Positions 46,207 through 52,805 of a stretch of DNA of 52,805 nucleotides are shown piece by piece. Every line of letters begins with the position of its first letter. Within the stretch, counting starts at the first letter, position 1. Made by a program: the position numbers and the translations under genes. The stretch spans positions 1-52,805 of IMG/VR virus record IMGVR_UViG_3300034375_013195; one strand, 5' to 3'. The notes beneath the pieces are model-generated. The model worked only from the letters and a program-made list of their open reading frames with translations. It was not told the DNA's origin and did not search any database. Source of the stretch: a virus. Its lineage: Duplodnaviria > Caudoviricetes.

Positions 46207-46844
46207 GTAGCTTGATAAATGCATACGAAGTGCGATACTTCAGTCCTGCCGGGCCTAACTATGATGTCAACCTATTCAATAGGCTGATTAATACCCGCGA
46301 AAGGTATGTTGCCAACAAGTGCTTGGGTTGGACTTTCTATGACAAGCTGGTAACTGATGTGATAAGCTATGCCGGGACTGATTGGAGCAATGCCGCCACC
46401 TACTCAACGGGTGACGATGTTAACAACAACAGCAACGGACTCGTTTATACCGCCCTGCAAAACGTGCCAGCGGCCACCCCTTTGAGTGATACCAACTACT
46501 GGGAGCAATCGAAGAAGTTCAACACAACGGCTTACAATAACCTTTGGAATGGTGGCCTACGTGATTACCTGGCAATAAGCGTCTACCGTGCTTCGCTTGC
46601 GATGTCAACCTTTAGGGGTGAGTCTCAGGGCGTACTTCGTGGTAGTGATCTGACAGTAACAAAGGAGGAATTGAGCTATACCGTAAGTGCTGCGAAGGAA
46701 GCGGAAACGGAGGCATACAGCAACCTGGTAGACTACCTGAAGCGAAATGCTACTGCCCTTAGTTGGGCTAGCTGCGATGATGATGCTGACTGTGAGGCAT
46801 TGAGGACTAAAAATTTAGGTTTCATGTTCTATGCAGACGACTAA
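46203..46844 (+). CDS. Head-tail connector with an inserted carbohydrate-binding-like module
   Basis: LG.TFY..L and LRDYLA motifs flank WSNAATYSTGD.V...VYTAL...YW. Confidence 0.65.
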   Translation: MSSLINAYEVRYFSPAGPNYDVNLFNRLINTRERYVANKCLGWTFYDKLVTDVISYAGTDWSNAATYSTGDDVNNNSNGLVYTALQNVPAATPLSDTNYWEQSKKFNTTAYNNLWNGGLRDYLAISVYRASLAMSTFRGESQGVLRGSDLTVTKEELSYTVSAAKEAETEAYSNLVDYLKRNATALSWASCDDDADCEALRTKNLGFMFYADD

Positions 46845-47094
46845 ACTACTACTAGCAAAGGCCGGAAGCAGGGCGCTGAAGATGGTGTCCGATGGCTTCG
46901 ACTTTGAGCAAGTGAGCGAAGAGAAAGCCCAAGAACGGCTAGCGATTTGTAAGGACTGCAAGCATTTACAAGGCGATCAATGCGGTGTATGTGGATGTGA
47001 GGTAGAGTTTAAGGTAACATTGAAAACTAATCCTGTATTGACAGTATTTAAAGCAAAGAAAAAAGAAAATAAATGCCCTAAGGGGTTTTGGTAA
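46831..47094 (+). CDS. Cys-rich zinc-binding protein (DUF6171-like)
   Basis: RLAICKDC..CGVCGC..CPKGFW. Confidence 0.75.
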   Translation: MQTTKLLLAKAGSRALKMVSDGFDFEQVSEEKAQERLAICKDCKHLQGDQCGVCGCEVEFKVTLKTNPVLTVFKAKKKENKCPKGFW

Positions 47095-47112
47095 TATTAA
47101 TAATTAGAAATC

Positions 47113-47577
47113 ATGATTGTAGCAAATTTAGCAGCTGGAAACAGCAACCCCGGAAACGCAATCAAAATCGTTTCGGGTATCAATGACGATAGCGGCACAG
47201 TGGATACCTCTACTGATGTAAAAAGCTATACAATGACTCACGACGTATCAACAAAAGGCAGCTTTACAGGCGTTAGCCTGGCCGGAACTGTTTATCACTT
47301 CGACCCTGTATTGGATGGTGACGATACAGCCAAATTGACAGCAGCCATCGAGGGCGCTATCCTGGACGCTGGATTCACTTACGATAACGGTGATGTTCGA
47401 GTAAGCAAGTCCAGTAATGAAGTTACTATTCAAGCCTATCCGTCATCTTTGGTATTTACTGAAATGAAAGGGGCGACAAGCGATACCAGCTTCACCGCAG
47501 CCAACTCTAAAAAGATCAATGTGATCTATGACGAGTTCAACAAGAAAGGATACACCCAGTCGGCAGCGGCTATTTAA
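47113..47577 (+). CDS. Putative virion structural protein
   Basis: S/T/G/A-rich, beta-type composition. Confidence 0.6.
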   Translation: MIVANLAAGNSNPGNAIKIVSGINDDSGTVDTSTDVKSYTMTHDVSTKGSFTGVSLAGTVYHFDPVLDGDDTAKLTAAIEGAILDAGFTYDNGDVRVSKSSNEVTIQAYPSSLVFTEMKGATSDTSFTAANSKKINVIYDEFNKKGYTQSAAAI

Positions 47578-47656
47578 GGTAATCTTCCTAGTTCATTTCA
47601 TAGTAGAATCTCCAAGGGGGTAGGGTGTATTCTCTACTCCCTAATTTTTTGACAAT

Positions 47657-48862
47657 ATGCCAAGCTATTATTTTTGGGAAAGTGGGAATGTAGGCCCGGT
47701 CAACTTCGAGACAGGGCTTACTGAATCTGTTAACCAGGTAGGGCACGGCTTTACCTTGCCCTCGTTTGGGTTTATTCCTGTCTATGACAATGCCGGAACA
47801 TGGACAAAGGCGATAGGCTCCGCCAGTTCTACCTATCAAGATGCTGTCATTATAGAGGTGACTGATATAGATAACTTTGTCATCCAGCGCCAAGGGTATG
47901 TAAATATTGCCAATCACGGCCTAGCAGTAGGCCGCGATTACTACCTTTCGGATGATGACGCTGGGGAGATCTCGCAAGTGCCTACCACTAATCTGGTAAA
48001 GTGCGTAGCTCCTGTAAATGATAACTACCTTTTTATCTACAATGTAGGCAACCCTTACTTGGTTAATGGGCTGCAAATGGATAGCACGACTGGGCAGGGA
48101 AAGTTGGGAGGTACTCTTATAGAAAATACGCTAATAAACGGGAACTCGTCATATAGTATGCTATATGCTTTGCTTTCGTCTTTTGTTATTTCATCTGCCG
48201 ATAATATTATAATAAGGGCTACAAATTCATCACCAGGTACTGCTTTTTTTGGAGCAAATACAGAAGTAACACTATCAGGCGGAACAAAGGTATTGATAGT
48301 TACTCCTGCCGTAACCGGTGCTACCGCCAGCATAAACGATGTCCTCACACTAACCAATGCCACTACCGGAGAATGTGAATGGAGCGCACCAACGGGCAGT
48401 AGTAGCCCATTAACTACAAAAGGTGATTTATTTGGATTCAGTACAGTAGATGCTAGGCTTCCAGTAGGGACAAATAACCAAGTATTAACAGCTGACAGTA
48501 CTCAGTCCCTCGGTATAAAGTGGGCCGATATATCAAGCTTTAGCGGTGGCACTTATGGCGCATCATCATCCTATCATACCAACCTTACCGGAACAACAGA
48601 CAGTAGAAAAGATGATGCTGACCAAATTTATGTAAAGGGGAGCGTAACGGCAACGGCTTCTATCTCCGCTGGTACTACGCTTTTTCAGCTTTCCGAAACT
48701 CCTAGCAGCACGATGCATTTCCCGATGATTTACCTATTCGGAGGGTCTAGCAAAATAGCCATCGTCGGAAGCTGCGACAGCTCCGGAAATGTATCTATTA
48801 GCGCGGGGCTTTCAAATACAGACGTAGTGCCTTTTGATGGGGCTAACTTTTACGGAGGATAA
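47657..48862 (+). CDS. Fibre / decoration protein
   Basis: GL.VG.DYYLS and LTTKGDL...RLPVGTNNQVLTADS..GIKW motifs. Confidence 0.75.
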   Translation: MPSYYFWESGNVGPVNFETGLTESVNQVGHGFTLPSFGFIPVYDNAGTWTKAIGSASSTYQDAVIIEVTDIDNFVIQRQGYVNIANHGLAVGRDYYLSDDDAGEISQVPTTNLVKCVAPVNDNYLFIYNVGNPYLVNGLQMDSTTGQGKLGGTLIENTLINGNSSYSMLYALLSSFVISSADNIIIRATNSSPGTAFFGANTEVTLSGGTKVLIVTPAVTGATASINDVLTLTNATTGECEWSAPTGSSSPLTTKGDLFGFSTVDARLPVGTNNQVLTADSTQSLGIKWADISSFSGGTYGASSSYHTNLTGTTDSRKDDADQIYVKGSVTATASISAGTTLFQLSETPSSTMHFPMIYLFGGSSKIAIVGSCDSSGNVSISAGLSNTDVVPFDGANFYGG

Positions 48863-48917
48863 AAAGAAATAAAACCATTGTTCAAAATTTTGCAAACGGT
48901 ATAATTTTAGCAGAAAA

Positions 48918-49205
48918 ATGACAAACGACCAGATATTGAGCGCATTTAACGAAAGCGTAAAGGAAATTAAGAGAGATATAGCAGAAGTGAGCGAGAAGTT
49001 AACCAGGGTTAACACTATCCTGGAAGGTGCTGGTGATGGTGGTATTATAGGCGACCTGAAGCGCGTCGAGCGTAAGGTAGATAAATTAGAGTCTGAGTTC
49101 AGGGAAGATATTGACACGTTGAAGCGGAGAATGTGGCAGTTAGTCGGTGGCATTTCTGTTGTTACCTTTCTAGCTGGGTTCCTGCTTCCCAAAATTTTGG
49201 GATAA
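48918..49205 (+). CDS. XhlA/holin-like protein (coiled coil plus C-terminal TM)
   Basis: Coiled coil followed by a terminal hydrophobic helix. Confidence 0.55.
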   Translation: MTNDQILSAFNESVKEIKRDIAEVSEKLTRVNTILEGAGDGGIIGDLKRVERKVDKLESEFREDIDTLKRRMWQLVGGISVVTFLAGFLLPKILG

Positions 49206-49206
49206 T

Positions 49207-50100
49207 ATGAACGAATATAGACCTCGATGGGGTGATGAGTGGAGAGGGATAATAGACCAGGTGCGAAAGCTCGGCCCTGATCGCGTACAGCTGATGTTAG
49301 AAGAAATGCAGACGCATAACTTCGCACCCAAAGAACCGATATATAGGGAGGAATACACGGTAACAGAGGGAAGAAAGAGGGGATTGATATTGCCGTGTGT
49401 TCATGCTCCCTTCCATAATGTCAGGCAGATGGATGCCAACCTAAAATTAATCCGGTATATAAAGCCGGATTTTGTTGTTATTATGGGTGACTTCCTAGAT
49501 GCCTTTTCGGTGTCGTCGCATAATCGCGGTCAATGGGAAATCCCTGGGCTTACCTTGCAGCAGGAATACGATGAATCAAATGTAGTTTTAGACGTTCTGG
49601 ATCAAGCTATGGGCGACTGTGAGAAGGTCTACTTGGAAGGCAACCACGAAGAACGTATTAGACGCTTCAAGAAGCCCGTAGACAACGCTAAATTAGGCGG
49701 TGCTATAATAGACTACCATCAAGGGCTAAGACTCGCTGAGAGGGGCTATATCAGCCTCGCACCATACCGGGAAGCCAGGTGCTTCATTGGCGATCTTTGT
49801 ATCATTCATGGCGTTTATTGGGGTGTCCATGCAGCCGCCAAACACCTGAAGGAATTAAACCAGAATGTAGCCTTTTGCCATACCCACCGCTGGCAGCAGT
49901 TTAGCAACGGCAGAAGCACAGCATATAATATCGGGTGGGGTGGAGATCCCGAAGCGAAGGTATTCAGATATAAAGCATGGTGGGAGCGCAAGACCTGGGT
50001 AAACGGCTGCGCTGTCATCGACCAGCACGAAAATGCAATGACCACCGTTACGCCCTTGCGCTACGATGGTCAATACTTTTTTGAGGGGAGGGGCTTTTAG
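49207..50100 (+). CDS. Calcineurin-like metallophosphoesterase
   Basis: CVH.P, GDFLD, GNHE, HG and HTH motifs. Confidence 0.88.
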   Translation: MNEYRPRWGDEWRGIIDQVRKLGPDRVQLMLEEMQTHNFAPKEPIYREEYTVTEGRKRGLILPCVHAPFHNVRQMDANLKLIRYIKPDFVVIMGDFLDAFSVSSHNRGQWEIPGLTLQQEYDESNVVLDVLDQAMGDCEKVYLEGNHEERIRRFKKPVDNAKLGGAIIDYHQGLRLAERGYISLAPYREARCFIGDLCIIHGVYWGVHAAAKHLKELNQNVAFCHTHRWQQFSNGRSTAYNIGWGGDPEAKVFRYKAWWERKTWVNGCAVIDQHENAMTTVTPLRYDGQYFFEGRGF

Positions 50101-50101
50101 C

Positions 50102-50725
50102 CTACTCCGGAAACAATACCTCCTGTCCTGTTGTTATACTTTCAGGCATCTGATATAGGGCTTCGGTATTCGCACGTATTTTACGGTTTTCGAGGTATCG
50201 CGTCACCTTCCCCCATCCCTTATAATCCTCAATAAGATGGCGAAGCTCGTTTGCATTGAGTGGGAGCCTATCAAAGTATTCGATAGCCTGGTCGGCAGTC
50301 ATAGCCAGAGGCATATACACCGTTTGTCCGTTTCTCTCCATGCGGATTTTTACATCTCTAATCTCAGTATCTATTGCGGGGATAATCGGCTCATTGTGGC
50401 TCATAATCGGCTCATGGTAGCCCTTTTGTAGCTCATGTAGGTATGTGCTTTCCCGGTACTCCCTCCGAGCGTAAAGGGCGCTAACCGCAAGCAATACAGC
50501 AAGGATAAGAAAGCCTATGCTGATGGTAGTCGTCAGGTGTAGCCCTGATTCTGTCAGATTGAAATATCCCTCATGGCTAGGAGTTGTCTGCCAGTTAATC
50601 CAGCGTATTACTACCCAGTATCCAGCCGCAGCTGGGATAAACAGGAATACCAGGATGATCCATGCCTTTGCCTTTTCCGCTTTGTTGGCTTCGCGGTCTG
50701 CGATGCTCATAATTCTTTCAATCAT
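50102..50725 (-). CDS. Two-TM membrane protein
   Basis: Two hydrophobic helices. Confidence 0.7.
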   Translation of the reverse strand: MIERIMSIADREANKAEKAKAWIILVFLFIPAAAGYWVVIRWINWQTTPSHEGYFNLTESGLHLTTTISIGFLILAVLLAVSALYARREYRESTYLHELQKGYHEPIMSHNEPIIPAIDTEIRDVKIRMERNGQTVYMPLAMTADQAIEYFDRLPLNANELRHLIEDYKGWGKVTRYLENRKIRANTEALYQMPESITTGQEVLFPE

Positions 50726-50806
50726 AGCGCCCTCCTTTTATTTGGCGCTTACAGGCTTTGTTAGTAGCTTGTTCGCGCTGTTTGTTATCTCCAATAGCAA
50801 TATAGC

Positions 50807-50846
50807 AAAAACCCTGCACTTTTTGAAGGTGTAGGGTTTTGTTTTT
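50807..50846 (-). terminator. Probable terminator
   Basis: AAAACCCTGCAC...GTGTAGGGTTTT hairpin. Confidence 0.6.
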
Positions 50847-50868
50847 AAAGGACTTGTATTCGAGGGGT

Positions 50869-52263
50869 TTAAAACAGCCTTAGTTGTGATTCTTGTTTAT
50901 TGCTTGATTGTAAACGGGCTTTCTTATTTTTCTCAAACCACTTTTTTAGCCTGTCTAGTTCTGATATGTCAATGCACTCAGTTTCCCCGCCAAAAGATTT
51001 TTTTGGTTGGTATCGTTTAAGGTTTGGGATTCTGAAAGCTTCTTTTTCTAGGTTGTAAATATGTTTTGCTGTACCCGCTATTTTGGAAATTAGCGTGTAT
51101 TCATAAGGAAGGGTGGCAGAGCCAGAAAACCGCATATTTACATTATAGAATGTCCTGCCTACTTTCAGGAAAGATTCGCCATCTCCATCACATAAGATAA
51201 GGTACAGCTTAAATCCAGTAAAATATTTTGACTTTTTTGACGCATGCCTCCATGCCGTAAGCGTCCACCCGCTATTTTTACACCCTGAACATCCCCTCCC
51301 CTGCAAATGACTCCCAGGTGTCTGATAAAACGGGCCGTGAAACTTACATTTTATTAGAACCTTTATACGCGAGCTCTCCCATTCGGTGCCAGAATAATCA
51401 TACCTGTCTCCATGAATAATTTTTGCTTTATTTATGAAGTCATTAGTAGAGACCGTGCCCGAACAAGCGGGACACCCGCTCCCTCTTAGATGGCTATTTG
51501 GGACTTGCTTAAACACTCCGTGTTTTTTGCAAATAATAGAAACTTTGCTTTGCGCTTTTATGTATCTTACTATTGAGTAATCATATATGTCCCCATGTAC
51601 AGACCTAGCATTTCCCACAAAAACATCTTTTGGTATACGGTTCTTCTCTGCCATCGAAATATCGCCGCACTTCGGGCACCCCTTCCCCTGTAAATGACAG
51701 CTGGGCCTTTGGTTAAATACCCCGTGTTTTTTGCAAATTATTAAAACTTTAGTGCTGTTATTTTTGTATTTGACTTTAGAATAATCATACCTATCTCTAT
51801 GTATTTTTTTTGCTCTGGCCGTAAACCCAGATTTAGATAGCCGTCTTTTTGATGCCGTCGAAATACCACCGCACTTCGGACACCCTTGGCCCTGTAAATG
51901 GTGTGCAGGCATCTGAAGGAACAAGCCATGAACATCACAAAGTATTGAAATTTTTATATTTGATTTTTTATAGTCTACTTCTGAATAGTTGTATTTTCCC
52001 CTGTGTATCAATGATGCTTTTTCTATAAATGAGCCTGTTGTATATGTTTTTATTATTGCCCTCCTTTTTGATCCGCACGCCCTGCATCCACGTCCGCGTA
52101 AATGATCCTGCGGCAACTGCCTAAACACACCATGTTCCTTGCAAACTATATCAACCTTAATAATCGCCTTCTTATACTCAACCCTCGAATAATCATACCT
52201 ATCCCCGTGAACCCTTCTGGCCCTTTCAATAAATAGTGCGGTTTTATCCCTTTTCATGGCCAT
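50869..52263 (-). CDS. Free-standing homing endonuclease with five DUF723-type zinc repeats
   Basis: Five H...YDYS...C..HG.F.Q.P..HL.G.GC..C repeats; GIY-YIG-like C-terminus LY...LKVGRT...RF...E. Confidence 0.85.
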   Translation of the reverse strand: MAMKRDKTALFIERARRVHGDRYDYSRVEYKKAIIKVDIVCKEHGVFRQLPQDHLRGRGCRACGSKRRAIIKTYTTGSFIEKASLIHRGKYNYSEVDYKKSNIKISILCDVHGLFLQMPAHHLQGQGCPKCGGISTASKRRLSKSGFTARAKKIHRDRYDYSKVKYKNNSTKVLIICKKHGVFNQRPSCHLQGKGCPKCGDISMAEKNRIPKDVFVGNARSVHGDIYDYSIVRYIKAQSKVSIICKKHGVFKQVPNSHLRGSGCPACSGTVSTNDFINKAKIIHGDRYDYSGTEWESSRIKVLIKCKFHGPFYQTPGSHLQGRGCSGCKNSGWTLTAWRHASKKSKYFTGFKLYLILCDGDGESFLKVGRTFYNVNMRFSGSATLPYEYTLISKIAGTAKHIYNLEKEAFRIPNLKRYQPKKSFGGETECIDISELDRLKKWFEKNKKARLQSSNKQESQLRLF

Positions 52264-52803
52264 TCAATCCTTTTTATCTCCTTTATACTTCAAATAAAAT
52301 TGTTCAATCTTTCTAGCCGTTTCCAGCGTTTCCCAGTACACCCGTTTTAGCTCTTGCATACTGATGTCAATATCGAAAAGCTGAGGCGCTTCGTTAGCTA
52401 CCGTCAGGGCTTCGCCTAATTGCGGGTTTCCTGCGCGTCTAATGAAGTTAACCTGTGCTTTGCTTGGTGTTATACCTGTCTCCTGTCGCAGCGCCAGGGC
52501 GTAGATATGGAGCTGGGAGTAATGGCCTGAAGTGTACTGCGCTTCCTTACCCTCGCCTCCTGTCTTGTAGTCGATGATGTGGGAGAGATCCGCCAAGTTG
52601 CTGTCAATGAATCCAAGCACATAAAAGCCATAACTTGGATAGTGCAGCCTTACCTCTCGCTCAAATTCATCCAGCCTAACGCATTGCTTCAGTACCGACT
52701 GTTCAACTGGTGTGAACTGGTTGAACTGGTTACGCTCCAAAGCCTCTCCTACCTTACTTCCAAACTCGGTGTACTCATTCCCCTCGAAAGGCTTATCCAG
52801 GAT
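52264..52803 (-). CDS. RecB/Cas4-like PD-(D/E)xK exonuclease, 5' end outside the window
   Basis: GFID, IIDYKTG and QLHIYA motifs; the frame is open to the window edge. Confidence 0.85.
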   Translation of the reverse strand: MLDKPFEGNEYTEFGSKVGEALERNQFNQFTPVEQSVLKQCVRLDEFEREVRLHYPSYGFYVLGFIDSNLADLSHIIDYKTGGEGKEAQYTSGHYSQLHIYALALRQETGITPSKAQVNFIRRAGNPQLGEALTVANEAPQLFDIDISMQELKRVYWETLETARKIEQFYLKYKGDKKD

Positions 52804-52805
52804 AT

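Larger units (their letters stand above)
34330..52805. mobile_element. Phage B: partial genome of a second tailed phage
   Basis: Second set of protease, capsid, portal, connector and tail chaperone genes; CG-rich composition. The left boundary is approximate. Confidence 0.85.

Noticed and set aside
52264-52803. CRISPR-Cas locus suggested by the Cas4-like nuclease
   Set aside because: No repeat-spacer array and no other cas genes; this is an ordinary phage exonuclease.
1-52805. Stop-codon reassignment
   Set aside because: Core genes are full length and densely packed under the standard code.

Overview
The window contains only phage genes, from two different Bacteroidota-type tailed phages joined end to end. 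Phage A (about 1-32,800, almost all on the minus strand) looks nearly complete. It has an initiator with internal iterons, a DnaC-like loader, an ERF-like recombinase, terminases, portal, Clp protease, capsid, tail genes and a tape measure. Bases 1-190 recur at 32624-32813, which implies a circle of about 32.6 kb. Its core is strongly depleted of CG dinucleotides. A short block of compositionally foreign genes (DNA methylase, PAPS-reductase-like gene, small ORFs) spans the junction. Phage B (about 34.3-52.8 kb, CG-rich) is partial, with its own head operon and tail genes. The most notable observations are: a candidate ~85-nt small RNA antisense to the start regions of several phage A genes; a phage-encoded type IX secretion substrate; a stand-alone PAS protein coupled to a holin-like gene; an LRR module splitting a tail gene; -1 frameshifts in both tail chaperones; and a tail-fibre cassette flanked by direct repeats. 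All calls come from reading the sequence and recalling motifs; no searches were run.
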